DNA from: an uncultured Holophaga sp.
GTDB taxonomy: Bacteria; Acidobacteriota; Holophagae; Holophagales; Holophagaceae
Assembly (NCBI GenBank): GCA_963664825.1
Contig: OY761614.1
Span: 1,696,001 to 1,760,000 of the forward strand
Length of the DNA stretch: 64,000 nt
Reading direction: 5' to 3'
Shown: positions 9,779 to 19,931 of the stretch, piece after piece
Numbering within the stretch: the stretch's first letter is position 1
How the letters are laid out: every line of letters starts with the position of its first letter
Made by a program: the position numbers and the translations under genes
The notes under the pieces: generated by a model
Told to the model about the DNA's origin: nothing
Seen by the model: the letters and a program-made list of their open reading frames with translations, nothing else
The model's database searches: none

Positions 9779-10887
9779 GCGGGCTCCCGGGGCGCCAGGA
9801 TGCCTTCGAAGCCCTCGTCCTGGCGACGCAGGATGCCCTGCAGAAGGCGCTGGAAGAAGGGACTGGGCTTGGGCCCGAGGACATAGGCCGCGGCGGCCTT
9901 CAGCTCCGTGCCCAGCCCCATGAGGGCCGAGGCCTCCAGATCGGAACCCAGCAGGAGGAAGGGCATCCGCGCCGGCAGTACCTCCACCAGGGCCCGCAGG
10001 CGCTTGCGGTCGTCCAGGCTGAGGCTGGCCAGGTGGAAGAGCACTAGAGCCGGGTGGCCCATGGCCGCTTCCTTCACCGTCGCCAGCGTCGGGGGTATCC
10101 GGCGCAGGCTTGGGAGGCCCACCAAATAATCCCGCAGAGCCTGCTCCAATTCTGGGGAACTCGAGACCAGCACCAGTCCACCCCCTTCGGTAGGGGGCAG
10201 AGGGCTCAAGGGGGTCAGCCCCTTCACCCGGTCCTTATCCTCCTCCCGCCTTTGGAAAATCCAGCGGGAAAGGGGCGTCAGCATGGCCTCCGGCAGGATG
10301 GGCAGGAATTCCAATCCCAGGCTGCGTCCCTGGGCCCACCTCACCAGGGCCGGACTATTGATCTTGAGCTCCGGCTCGAGGGGAATGGTGACCGTCATGA
10401 GGTCGCCGGTCTGGAAGAGGCTCTCCAGGTGATCCTGGGAGGCGTGGATCTGGGCGCCCGTGGTGCTCAGGTTGGTGAGAGCGCCGGAGCGGAGTTGGAA
10501 GTGAGGCGTGCTGAAGGTGACCTCCACCCGGCCCACCCGCTCGACCCGGTAGGCGCCCCGCAGATCGTCATCCTGGAGGAGCTTGGGAATTTCGAGTTTG
10601 AGGCTGCGTCGACCCTCCACCTGGCCGAGGCCGAGCAGGCGGGTCTTGCCCTCGAGAAAGCGGGTGGAAAAGGGAAAGCGGAATCGGAGATCGGCGCTGC
10701 GCAATCCGTACATGGCGTCTTCGGCGCTCATGGTGATCCGCACATGGAGGGCATCCCCTTCGATCTGGAGAAAATTCGATTCGAAGCGGAGGTAGGGCGT
10801 GACCAGGATCAGCAGCTCCCGATGGGCACAGGCGAGCTCCAGGATGTCCTGGACCTCTTTAGGGGTGCTCGCGACAAACTGGCCCAT
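9775..10887 (-). CDS. YcgR/PilZ-like protein with C-terminal receiver-like domain (paralog 1)
   Basis: RGAYR (RxxxR) and NLSTTG (D/NxSxxG) PilZ motifs, SLGLEF; similar along its length to 10991-12115. Confidence 0.7.
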   Translation of the reverse strand: MGQFVASTPKEVQDILELACAHRELLILVTPYLRFESNFLQIEGDALHVRITMSAEDAMYGLRSADLRFRFPFSTRFLEGKTRLLGLGQVEGRRSLKLEIPKLLQDDDLRGAYRVERVGRVEVTFSTPHFQLRSGALTNLSTTGAQIHASQDHLESLFQTGDLMTVTIPLEPELKINSPALVRWAQGRSLGLEFLPILPEAMLTPLSRWIFQRREEDKDRVKGLTPLSPLPPTEGGGLVLVSSSPELEQALRDYLVGLPSLRRIPPTLATVKEAAMGHPALVLFHLASLSLDDRKRLRALVEVLPARMPFLLLGSDLEASALMGLGTELKAAAAYVLGPKPSPFFQRLLQGILRRQDEGFEGILAPREPA

Positions 10888-10990
10888 CCCCTCCCCGGAT
10901 CGCCTAGTGCAGGCTCGTGTAACAATAGAATGGCGTACTTCCTAAACTGTATCCCCTTCCCGGCACGATAAGAGGAGATCGGAGGCTTCG

Positions 10991-12115
10991 GTGGGCAACA
11001 TTCTCAAGGGGCAGGAGGAGATCCGGGGCGTGCTGGCCTTGGCCTGTTCCCGGAGAGAACTGCTGGTCTTGGTCACGCCCTACCTCCGCTTCGAATCCAG
11101 TTTCGTGGCCCTGGAAGGCGATGAACTGCATGTGCTGGCTACCATGAGCCGGGACGACGCGATCTTCGGACTCAAGACCGGCGAGCTCAAGCTGCGCTTT
11201 CCCCAGGGCATGGGTTTCTTCGAAGCCTCCGTCCAGATGCTGGGCCTGGGCCTTCACGAGGGTCGTCGCACCCTGCGGCTCTCCCTTCCCAAGGTCATCC
11301 AGGAAAATGACCAGCGCGTGGCCTATCGCGTCGAGCGGGTGGGCCGGGTGGAGGTCACCTTCAGCACCCCGAAGGCCGATATCTTTACAGCCACCCTGCT
11401 GGATGTGAGCACCAGCGGCGCGCGGATCCATGTCCACCAGGATCTGCCGGAAGGCTCCCTGCATTCCGGGGACCGGATCCTGGTCTCCATTCCCCTCAAT
11501 GAGGAAATCCGCATCCAGGCAGGCGCCCTGGTCTGCCATCTGAGGGGGCGCAGCCTGGGCCTGCACTACCACCTCGAACCCGGGGCCGAGGTCCTGGGCC
11601 CCCTTTCCCGTTGGGTCTTTCTCCGCCGTGAGGAGGAGCGGGAACGTCTCACCCAGCGCATGGAGCTGACGGCGAGGGCCGAGACCCGGAGCAGCATCCC
11701 GGAACTGGGCATCCTGCTGATCAGTGCCGATCCCGAGCTGGAGAACGAACTGAGGGCCAGCCTGGAGGAGATCCGCACCCTGACGCGGCTGGCGCCCGGT
11801 GCCCAGGCCCTGAAGGAAGCCCTGCTGGTCAATCCCTCCCTGGCGATCTTCCATGTGGGCGGGGCCGGGCTCGACGAACGTCGGCGTCTCAAGACCCTCC
11901 TGGAGATCGCTCAACGCAAGGTCCCCACGCTGCTCTTGGGCACCGAGTTGGATGGGGCCACCCTCTTCGAATTGGCCGGTGAATGGAAGGCATCGAGCGC
12001 CATGAACTGGCATGCCGGTCGCGGCGCCTTCCTCCAGCGCCTCGTGCGGGGCATGATCCGACGCCACATGGATGTGGGCGAAGGGCCCCTGGCCCCCCGG
12101 GAGACGGGGTCCTGA
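10991..12115 (+). CDS. YcgR/PilZ-like protein with C-terminal receiver-like domain (paralog 2)
   Basis: RVAYR and DVSTSG motifs; shares ELLVLVTPYLRFES and YRVERVGRVEVTFSTP with paralog 1; GAGGAG RBS. Confidence 0.7.
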   Translation: MGNILKGQEEIRGVLALACSRRELLVLVTPYLRFESSFVALEGDELHVLATMSRDDAIFGLKTGELKLRFPQGMGFFEASVQMLGLGLHEGRRTLRLSLPKVIQENDQRVAYRVERVGRVEVTFSTPKADIFTATLLDVSTSGARIHVHQDLPEGSLHSGDRILVSIPLNEEIRIQAGALVCHLRGRSLGLHYHLEPGAEVLGPLSRWVFLRREEERERLTQRMELTARAETRSSIPELGILLISADPELENELRASLEEIRTLTRLAPGAQALKEALLVNPSLAIFHVGGAGLDERRRLKTLLEIAQRKVPTLLLGTELDGATLFELAGEWKASSAMNWHAGRGAFLQRLVRGMIRRHMDVGEGPLAPRETGS

Positions 12116-12737
12116 GCCCCGGGAGCGCAAGGTGAAGCTGCCCTTTCGGGAATTCCCCAGGGTATCGGGAGCCCTCGCAGGTCCCTTCCGGGACGAAGTC
12201 CTGGCCGAGCTCTGCGCACGGCGCCAGGCTTGCCTCCTGGCCACCCCCTACCTCAGCTTCGAATCCCGGGTGATGGAAATCGTGGGGGGGGAACTCCGAG
12301 TGCGGGCCACCATGAGCCGGGAAGCGGTCAAGCATGCCCTGGGCCAGGAACCGCTGAAATTGCGCTTCCCCTGGGGCCTGGCCTTCTATGGCGGCTTCAC
12401 CCGGGTGCTGGGCTATGAGCAGGGTGAGCAGCGCCGCACCCTGCGCCTGGCCATTCCTGCGAGCCTGGAGCCCGATGAACAGCGCGGGGCCTATCGGCTG
12501 GAACGGGTGGGCCGCAGTCAGGGCGCCTTGGGCAGTGCTGCCGGGAGTCTGCTTCGGATCTCCCTGGAGAATATTTCCCTGCTGGGGGCCGGTGTCTTCT
12601 GCATGGAGCCCATCCCTGTGGAGGGATTCCAGACGGGACGCCTGTTGGCCTTGGCCCTGAGTCTCGAGCAAGGTCCCAGTCTCCGTCTGGAGGCTCGGGT
12701 CTGCCACGGCCAGGGCCAATATCTTGGCCTAAAATTT

Positions 12738-14067
12738 GGTTCTTCGCGGATTTGCGTGAAGTAGGTCGGCAGTGGCGGATTTCAGGCATCTTGGGTTTGT
12801 CGAGAACTCGAGATGAAGGAGGCCGCCACTGCCTACCAAAGAGCTTATGTCCCGCTTGGGCGGGTGGAAAGGGCAACGCGTCGGAATCGTGGAGCGCTTC
12901 GAAGCCGGGGTGAAGGGGCCGCGGGCCGAGGTGTGGATCGAGTTGCTTGGGTTCGGCGATCATCCCCGGAAGTGCAGCGGTTGTGGGCATTTCGTGCGGA
13001 GCGTCCACGACTGGTCAGAGCGGGAGATCCGCGACCTTCCGCTGTTCGACGCCGACACAGTCCTAGTGGTGTGGCGGGCTCGAGTAGCCTGCCCCCGGTG
13101 CGGCCCGAAGCTGGAAGCCCTGGACTGGTTGGAGCCCCATGCCCGGATCACGAACCGGCTTGCCGCGAGCGTGGCGCGGCTTTGCAAGGTCATGCCCATC
13201 AAACAGGTCGCGGAGCACTATGACCTGCACTGGGGCACGGTGAAGGCGATCGACAAGGCTTACCTGGACCGAGAACTTGGGCCCGTGAAGCTGAGCAAGG
13301 CGAGGCTTCTTCTGATGGACGAATTCGCCATCCACAAGGGACAGAGCTATGCCACGGTCATCACGGATGCGGAAACGCGTCGCGTGCTCTGGGTCGGGAA
13401 AGGGCGTGGCCGCGAGGACATCCGCCCGTTCTTCGATCTGATCGGGAAGAAGGGCTGCAAACGGATCCAGGCCGTGGGCATAGACATGTCGGCGGCCTTC
13501 GAAGGCGAAGTCCGGGCGCGCTGTCCCAACGCCGAGATCGTCTACGACCAGTTTCATGTCGTGGCAAAGTACGGCCATGACGTCATCGACCGGATCCGGG
13601 TGGATGAGGCCAATCGATACCGGCACGACAAGGCCTCGCGGGAGCTCGTCAAGGGCGCGAAGTGGCTCCTGCTGGGCAATTGGGAGAACCTGCCGAATCG
13701 GGATGCCAAAGTCCGCCTCAACGAGTTATTGGACGCGAACCAGCCTCTGATGACCGCCTACGTGCTGAAAGACGCCCTGAAGGCACTGTGGCGCTACACG
13801 CGGGAGGGCTGGGCTCTGAAGGCCTGGGAGAACTGGATGGAACTCGCCACCTCAAGTGGACTCCAGCCCCTCGTGAAGTTCGCCAAGAATCTCGCCCAGC
13901 GGATCGACGGAATCCTCTCCCATTGCCGCTGGCCGCTCAATACCAGCGTCCAGGAAGGGATCAACAACAAGATCAAAGTCCTCAAGCGCATCGCCTACGG
14001 CTACCGGGATGAGGGCTACTTCTTCCTTAAGATCCGTGCGGCCTTCCCCGGAAAAACGTGAAGAACC
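12738..14067 (+). mobile_element. ISL3-family insertion sequence (1330 bp)
   Basis: Imperfect IRs starting GGTTCTTC at both ends; 8-bp AT-rich TSD TAAAATTT at 12730-12737 and 14068-14075. Confidence 0.95.
12847..14061 (+). CDS. ISL3-family transposase
   Basis: CSGC..CPRC zinc finger, MDEFAIHKG, IDMS, DQFHVV, EGINNKIKVLKRIAYGYRD; ORF intact. Confidence 0.95.
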   Translation: MSRLGGWKGQRVGIVERFEAGVKGPRAEVWIELLGFGDHPRKCSGCGHFVRSVHDWSEREIRDLPLFDADTVLVVWRARVACPRCGPKLEALDWLEPHARITNRLAASVARLCKVMPIKQVAEHYDLHWGTVKAIDKAYLDRELGPVKLSKARLLLMDEFAIHKGQSYATVITDAETRRVLWVGKGRGREDIRPFFDLIGKKGCKRIQAVGIDMSAAFEGEVRARCPNAEIVYDQFHVVAKYGHDVIDRIRVDEANRYRHDKASRELVKGAKWLLLGNWENLPNRDAKVRLNELLDANQPLMTAYVLKDALKALWRYTREGWALKAWENWMELATSSGLQPLVKFAKNLAQRIDGILSHCRWPLNTSVQEGINNKIKVLKRIAYGYRDEGYFFLKIRAAFPGKT

Positions 14068-14670
14068 TAAAATTTGATCCCCCTCCTTCCCCGGAAATCG
14101 CCGCCCAGCTTCAGGATTGGATGGCCCCTCGCGTAGAGGAGGCCCGCCGCCATTGGGAGGATCGGGCCGAACTCCGGGCTCGGGCCGAGGAGGCGGCCAA
14201 GCCCAAACAGCCCCCCGAGGGTGTCCTGCTGGTCTCACGGGATGGGGAGCTCGTCCTTGAAGTGGCTAGCGCCCTGGAGGGTCTCCACACATTGAGGGCC
14301 ACCCCGCCTGTCATGGGCCCCTTCAAGGAGGCTCTCGAGCCCCCACCCCTGCTCCTGCTGGTGGATACCGTGGGCATCGATGGGGAGGAGCGCCATCGCC
14401 TGCGGGGACTCTTGGAGGCTCAACCACCGGGCTGCCCCATCCTGGTGCTGGGGCGGGGAGGGGATCCCGAGGCCTGGCGCCCCCTCGTCACGGAGCTGAA
14501 GGCCCATCTCTACATCACCTGGAACCTCGCACAGGTGAGCTTTTTCCGCCGACTGGTACAGGGCCTCATCCTCCGTCATGGGAGAAGGCAGGCCGCCGCC
14601 CTCTGAACCGAGATCACAGGCCGCCGATCGTTGGCCAGGCGACTGGTAGAATCATGCTCCTGGAGAGCCC

Positions 14671-16932
14671 ATGGATCCCGTCGTGAATGAAACCCTTGGT
14701 CAGAAACTGGGTCTTTCGGCGGAGGAGTGGCAGACCATGCTGCGCCTGGTGGGTGGTCGCACGCCCACCTACCCGGAATTGGGCATCTTCAGCGCCATGT
14801 GGAGCGAGCACTGCTCGTACAAATCCAGCCGCCTCCATCTCGCCAATCTCCCCACAAAGGGCCCCCGTGTGCTTCAGGGCCCCGGTGAGAACGCCGGCGT
14901 GGTCGATATCGGCGATGGATGGGCGGTCTGCTTCAAGATGGAGAGCCACAACCACCCCAGCTATATCGAGCCCTACCAGGGCGCGGCGACCGGCGTGGGC
15001 GGCATCCTGCGGGATGTCTTCACCATGGGCGCCCGACCCCTGGCCAACATGAACAGCCTGCGCTTCGGAGAACTGGACGCTCCCCGCATGAAGGGCCTCG
15101 TGAAGGGCGTGGCCGGGGGCATCAGTGGTTACGGCAACTGCATGGGCATCCCCATGCTGGGGGGCGACGTGGCCTTCGACGCCTGCTACAACGGCAATAT
15201 CCTGGTGAACGCCTTCACCCTTGGGGTCATGCAGGGCGACAAGATTTTCCGGGGCTTCGCCTCCGGCGTGGGCAACAAGGTGATGTACATCGGCTCCAAG
15301 ACGGGTCGGGACGGCATCCATGGCGCCAGCATGGCTTCGGCCGAATTCGGCGAAGGCAGTGAAGAGAAGCGCCCCACAGTGCAGGTGGGGGATCCCTTCA
15401 CGGAGAAGCTCCTGTTGGAGGCCTGCCTGGAACTTTTCGAGACCGACTGGATCATCGGCATCCAGGACATGGGTGCCGCGGGACTGACTTCTTCCAGCTT
15501 CGAGATGGCCAGTCGCGCTGGTACCGGGCTGGAACTGCGCCTGGACCGGATCCCCATGCGCGAAGAGGGCATGACCCCCTTCGAGTTGATGCTCTCGGAA
15601 TCCCAGGAGCGCATGCTGCTGGTGGCCAAGCCTGGTTGCGAGCCCCAGATCGAGGGCGTCCTCCACAAGTGGGGCCTGGACGCCTGTGTGGTGGGCGAGG
15701 TGACCGATTCGGGCCGCTTCATCGGCCTCTGGCACGGCTCAAGGGTCATCGACTTGCCCATCCAGCCCCTGGCCGATGCGGCTCCCAAGTACGATAGGCC
15801 CCAGGTGCGGCCCGCCTACCTCGATTCCATCGCCTTGGAACCCCTGCCTGCGGATCTGGAACCCGATGAGGTGGAACCCGCCCTGCGCCAGCTGCTGTCC
15901 AGCCCCACTATTGCCAGCAAACGCTGGATCTTCGAGCAGTACGACGGCACCGTGCGCAGCAACACGCTCATCCAGCAGGGAGCTGCCGATGCGGGCCTCA
16001 TCCGGGTGAAGGGCACCCAAAAGGCCGTGGCCATGAAGAGCGACTGCAATGGCCGCTACGCCTATCTGGATCCCTTCTGGGGCGCGGCCCACGCCGTGGC
16101 GGAAGCCTGCCGCAATCTGGCCTGCGTGGGCGCCGAACCCATCGGCCTCACGGATTGCCTCAATTACGGCAACCCCGAGAAGCCCGAGAACATGTGGGCC
16201 TTCGCTCAAGGGATCCTGGGCCTGCGCCAGGCCTGCCTGGCTTTCGATGTGCCTATCGTGAGCGGCAATGTGAGTCTCTACAACGACACCGAAGGGGTGG
16301 GCATCTTCCCCACCCCCATGATCGGCGCCGTGGGCCTCATCGACGACTACGCCATGCCCGTGGATGTGGAGGCCCAGGGCGCCGGCACAGGCAACCACTT
16401 CTGCGGTTCCAGCTTCAGGGCCCCCCACGACGCCATCTTCCTCCTGGGGGAAACCCGGGAGGAACTGGGGGGCAGCGAATACCTGAAACTGCGCACGGGG
16501 CGAGTCTTCGGCGCCTGCCCCGAGCTGCGCCTGGACGAGGAACTGCGTCTTCAGGCCTGCGTGCGGGAAGGCATCCGCATGGGCCTCATCCGCAGTGCCC
16601 ACGACACCAGCGAAGGCGGCCTGCTCATCACGGCTCTCGAAAGTGCCTTCAGCGGTGAGATGGGTTGCCAGCTCATGCTCTCCAGGCAGGGCCTACGCTT
16701 CGATAGCCTCCTCTTCGGCGAGAGCGCCGGACGCATTGTGGTGAGCCTGAACCCCGAGGGCGAATCCAGCTTGGCCAAGCTCGCTTGCACCCACCGGGTG
16801 CCCCTCGCCAAGATCGGCACCACCGGTGGCAGCCGCATCACGGTGGCCGTGGACGGGAAACCCCTGCTGGATGCCGAAGCCGTCGAACTGAAGGGGATTT
16901 ACGCGGACGCGCTGGAGACGGCGCTGGACTAA
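14671..16932 (+). CDS. purL: Phosphoribosylformylglycinamidine synthase subunit PurL
   Basis: [56 protein letters not shown]. Confidence 0.98.
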   Translation: MDPVVNETLGQKLGLSAEEWQTMLRLVGGRTPTYPELGIFSAMWSEHCSYKSSRLHLANLPTKGPRVLQGPGENAGVVDIGDGWAVCFKMESHNHPSYIEPYQGAATGVGGILRDVFTMGARPLANMNSLRFGELDAPRMKGLVKGVAGGISGYGNCMGIPMLGGDVAFDACYNGNILVNAFTLGVMQGDKIFRGFASGVGNKVMYIGSKTGRDGIHGASMASAEFGEGSEEKRPTVQVGDPFTEKLLLEACLELFETDWIIGIQDMGAAGLTSSSFEMASRAGTGLELRLDRIPMREEGMTPFELMLSESQERMLLVAKPGCEPQIEGVLHKWGLDACVVGEVTDSGRFIGLWHGSRVIDLPIQPLADAAPKYDRPQVRPAYLDSIALEPLPADLEPDEVEPALRQLLSSPTIASKRWIFEQYDGTVRSNTLIQQGAADAGLIRVKGTQKAVAMKSDCNGRYAYLDPFWGAAHAVAEACRNLACVGAEPIGLTDCLNYGNPEKPENMWAFAQGILGLRQACLAFDVPIVSGNVSLYNDTEGVGIFPTPMIGAVGLIDDYAMPVDVEAQGAGTGNHFCGSSFRAPHDAIFLLGETREELGGSEYLKLRTGRVFGACPELRLDEELRLQACVREGIRMGLIRSAHDTSEGGLLITALESAFSGEMGCQLMLSRQGLRFDSLLFGESAGRIVVSLNPEGESSLAKLACTHRVPLAKIGTTGGSRITVAVDGKPLLDAEAVELKGIYADALETALD

Positions 16933-16968
16933 CGGGAATTGCACTTCACCCAACCCAAAGGACCGTCC

Positions 16969-17778
16969 ATGCGCTTCGCCCTTGCGATCCCCACCCTGCT
17001 GCTTTGCTCCACACTCGGTTTCTCTCAAACCGCGGTTCCACCCAATCCCCCCCCAGCTCCCGATCTCACGGCTCCCTTGGATGCGGTGAAGACGCTTTCC
17101 GGCCTCGCGACGAAGCTCCTGAAGGCCGGGATGGGTGAGAAGTCCGCAGGCCCAGGGGATTACGTGACGCTCCACTACACGGGCTGGACCCGGGACGGGA
17201 AGGTATTCGATAGCACGCTGGCCCGCGCCGAGCCGCTGATCGTGCCCCTGGAGCGCCTGATGAAGGGTCTGGGGGAGGGGGTGCGGCTGATGATGGCGGG
17301 GGAAACCCGGCGGATGTGGATTCCCGAGGCTTTGGCCTTCGCGGGGGCCAAGGGGAAGCCTGCGGGCGATCTGGTGCTGGAGGTGCAGCTGCTTTCCGTG
17401 GACCCCCCCCCCACCCAGGCTCCCCTCGACGTGGCCCAACCTCCTGCGGATGCCCGCCTGGCGCCTTCGGGCCTCGTGTTCCATACGTTGCGCGCGGGCA
17501 TGGGGACCAAGCACCCTGGCAAACGCAGCCATGTCAATGTCCACTACACGGGATGGACCACGGACGGGAAACTGTTCGATAGTTCGCTGCTGCGGCGTAC
17601 AAGTGCGGAATTCCGCCTCGACGAGGTCATCAAGGGCTGGACCGAAGGCATTCAACTCATGGTGCCGGGGGAGAAGACCCGCTTCTGGATCCCCGAGAAA
17701 CTCGCCTACCGGGGCGAACGGGGAAAGCCTGCGGGGAAGCTGGTCTTCGATGTGGAGCTGCTGAGCTTTTGGGACTGA
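16969..17778 (+). CDS. Two-domain FKBP-type peptidyl-prolyl isomerase, exported
   Basis: Signal peptide; two HYTGWT.DGK.FDS..WIPE.LA repeats. Confidence 0.92.
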   Translation: MRFALAIPTLLLCSTLGFSQTAVPPNPPPAPDLTAPLDAVKTLSGLATKLLKAGMGEKSAGPGDYVTLHYTGWTRDGKVFDSTLARAEPLIVPLERLMKGLGEGVRLMMAGETRRMWIPEALAFAGAKGKPAGDLVLEVQLLSVDPPPTQAPLDVAQPPADARLAPSGLVFHTLRAGMGTKHPGKRSHVNVHYTGWTTDGKLFDSSLLRRTSAEFRLDEVIKGWTEGIQLMVPGEKTRFWIPEKLAYRGERGKPAGKLVFDVELLSFWD

Positions 17779-17801
17779 GCTTCAGGCTGTGCGCACTGTC
17801 T

Positions 17802-18293
17802 TCATACGTGGGTGGGCGATGAGGCCAGTCTTCCCGCCAGGACAACGCCTGTTCTCGTGTTGAAGAGGATCTTCATGCCCCGGAGGCCGCCCATATCCTG
17901 GGCGACGATGGGAATCCGGTGGGTGGCCAGGATCTCTTGGGCCAGCGAGATATTGCGTTCGCCGATCAGCATGCGGCCGGACGTGTCTCCGAGCACATTG
18001 GCCCCTCCGAAACATTTCGCCACGAGCTGCTCCTTCCGGCATCCGAACTCGAGCATTTTCCCGATGAGCTTCTCGATGGCGACGTTCCCGTATTTCGGCG
18101 TGGGGAGTCCATCGCCATTCCAGAGGGGCAGCATGTAGTGGTTCATGCCTCCGAAGGCCAGGCGCGAATCCCAGAGGCACACCGAAACGCAGGATCCTAG
18201 TAAGGTCATCACCTCCAGCTCGTCTCGGCTGGCGATGAGCATGCATGGGTTCAGGTTGTGGCGTGCCACAGCCGGGAAGGAAGGCAGGGCCAT
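17802..18293 (-). CDS. cheD: Chemoreceptor glutamine deamidase CheD
   Basis: TLLGSCVSVCLWD, GGMNHYMLP, KYG, AKCFGGA, IGERN, DMGG. Confidence 0.93.
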   Translation of the reverse strand: MALPSFPAVARHNLNPCMLIASRDELEVMTLLGSCVSVCLWDSRLAFGGMNHYMLPLWNGDGLPTPKYGNVAIEKLIGKMLEFGCRKEQLVAKCFGGANVLGDTSGRMLIGERNISLAQEILATHRIPIVAQDMGGLRGMKILFNTRTGVVLAGRLASSPTHV

Positions 18294-18295
18294 GT

Positions 18296-19534
18296 TCAGA
18301 GCTCGTGGGGTTCGTCGAAGATGAAGAGGTTTCCGTCGAAGGAGGACGTGTCCGTGTCCTCGGCCGGGGAACCCGCAGGCAGGCGGCAGATGAATTTTGA
18401 GCCGTGACCTGGTTGGCTCTCCACGAGGATCTGACCGTTCAGCAGGTCCGTCAGAGCCTTGACCACGGCGAGGCCCAGCCCCTGTCCTTTATGGGCCCGC
18501 ACGGAGCCCGCCTCCAGTTGTTTGAAGCGTTCGAAGATCAGGGCCTGGTCCGCTTCGCTGAGGCCTGGCCCCTGGTCCTCGACCTCGATGACCAGCACAC
18601 CGGGCGACTGAAGGGCCCGCAGTTCGATCCGTCCTCCCCTGGGCGAGAATTCAATGGCGTTGGCCAGCAGATTGGCCAGGATGATGCTCAATTTCCCCGC
18701 GTCCGTGGGGAAGGGCTCGCAGCCCTCGGGGGCCTTCACGACTAGGGTCTGGGCCTTCGCAGTCGCTCCGCCGGCGAAGCCCTCCGCCGCATCCCGCAGC
18801 ACGGAACCCACGTCCACCCTCGTGATGGATGGAGAAGCCTCGCCCGCTTCCAGTTCTCCGGCACAGAAGATGTTCCGGAGCTCGAATTCGAGATGGGAGG
18901 CCTCTGCCTTGATCAGGGCGGCCAGGGTTCGGCTCACCTCCGCCGGGAGGGCCGGGTCGCAGATCTCCGTAGCCAGCCCCAGGATGGCGCCGAGGGGGTC
19001 ATTGATCTCGCTTCGCATATTGGCGATGAAATGGCCCTTGAGCTCCTCGGACTCGCGGAGCCGTTCGTTGACTTCGATCAACCGCCGGTTCAGCTGGTGA
19101 GCTTCCGAGAAGGCATCCTGGAGATGCTGATGGCTCTCTTCCAATTGCCGCCGTTGTCGCCGGAGCTCCAGGTGGGTGCGGACCCGAGCCTCCACTTCCT
19201 CGAAATGGAAGGGCTTGCTCACGTAGTCCACCCCGCCCGAGGCGAAGGCCTCCAGCTTATCCCGGGTCTCCATGAGGCCGCTGAGGAAGATGACCGGCGT
19301 CTCCCGCAGCTCCGGCATGGCCTTGAGGCTCCGACAGACATCGAAGCCGCTCTTGCCGGGCATGCTGATATCCAGCAGGAGCAGATCGGGATGGTCCCGG
19401 AGGCAGACCTCCAGGGCCGCGTCGCCTTGGCAGGCCTCGAGCACCTCGAAGCCGATATCCTCCAGGAAGGCCCGGAGATTCTGCCGTAGCAGGGGTTCGT
19501 CATCGACCACCAGGATCTTTTCCAACGGGTTCAT
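18296..19534 (-). CDS. Receiver-HisKA-HATPase hybrid protein lacking the canonical H-box histidine
   Basis: REC (VVDD, LLLLDISMP, DYVSKPF); H-box reads FIANMRSEINDPL; N/G boxes NLLANAIEF, DQGPG, GQGLGL. Confidence 0.85.
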   Translation of the reverse strand: MNPLEKILVVDDEPLLRQNLRAFLEDIGFEVLEACQGDAALEVCLRDHPDLLLLDISMPGKSGFDVCRSLKAMPELRETPVIFLSGLMETRDKLEAFASGGVDYVSKPFHFEEVEARVRTHLELRRQRRQLEESHQHLQDAFSEAHQLNRRLIEVNERLRESEELKGHFIANMRSEINDPLGAILGLATEICDPALPAEVSRTLAALIKAEASHLEFELRNIFCAGELEAGEASPSITRVDVGSVLRDAAEGFAGGATAKAQTLVVKAPEGCEPFPTDAGKLSIILANLLANAIEFSPRGGRIELRALQSPGVLVIEVEDQGPGLSEADQALIFERFKQLEAGSVRAHKGQGLGLAVVKALTDLLNGQILVESQPGHGSKFICRLPAGSPAEDTDTSSFDGNLFIFDEPHEL

Positions 19535-19538
19535 GGCG

Positions 19539-19931
19539 TCATCTCCCGGAATCAGAGGGCTCAGGATGATCGAGGATCGCTTGGATGGCCGTCACCAGCA
19601 TGCCCAGATCATTCAATGGCTTGAAGAGACAATCCCTGGCGCCCAGGCGGAGGGCCTCGGTGGAGGCCTGGGCATCACCCGTGCCCGTGAGGACGATGAC
19701 CGGTGTGCCCAGGTGCTGGGCCCGCAGGAGGCCGAGCAGGCTGAAACCATCGATCTCGGGCATCCGCAGATCGGTCACCAGGATATCCGGGGATTCCCGC
19801 ACCAGGATTTCCAGGCCTTCCCTGCCGTTGGCGGCCTCCAGGCAGCGGAATCCGCTATCTTCCAGATAGGCGGCTATGGAGAGGCGAATCGCTGATTCGT
19901 CGTCGATGATCAGCACGGTGCGGCTAGGCAT
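19539..19931 (-). CDS. Single-domain response regulator
   Basis: IIDDE, LVTDLRMP, VLTG, FKP. Confidence 0.9.
   Translation of the reverse strand: MPSRTVLIIDDESAIRLSIAAYLEDSGFRCLEAANGREGLEILVRESPDILVTDLRMPEIDGFSLLGLLRAQHLGTPVIVLTGTGDAQASTEALRLGARDCLFKPLNDLGMLVTAIQAILDHPEPSDSGR

Larger units (their letters stand above)
12132..14606 (+). pseudogene. PilZ-like paralog 3, disrupted by ISL3 (fragments 12132-12737 and 14076-14606)
   Basis: Removing the IS and one TSD copy rejoins ..YLGLKF|DPPPSPEIAAQ.. in frame; RGAYR and NISLLG motifs; C-terminal FFRRLVQGLILR matches the paralogs. Confidence 0.88.
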
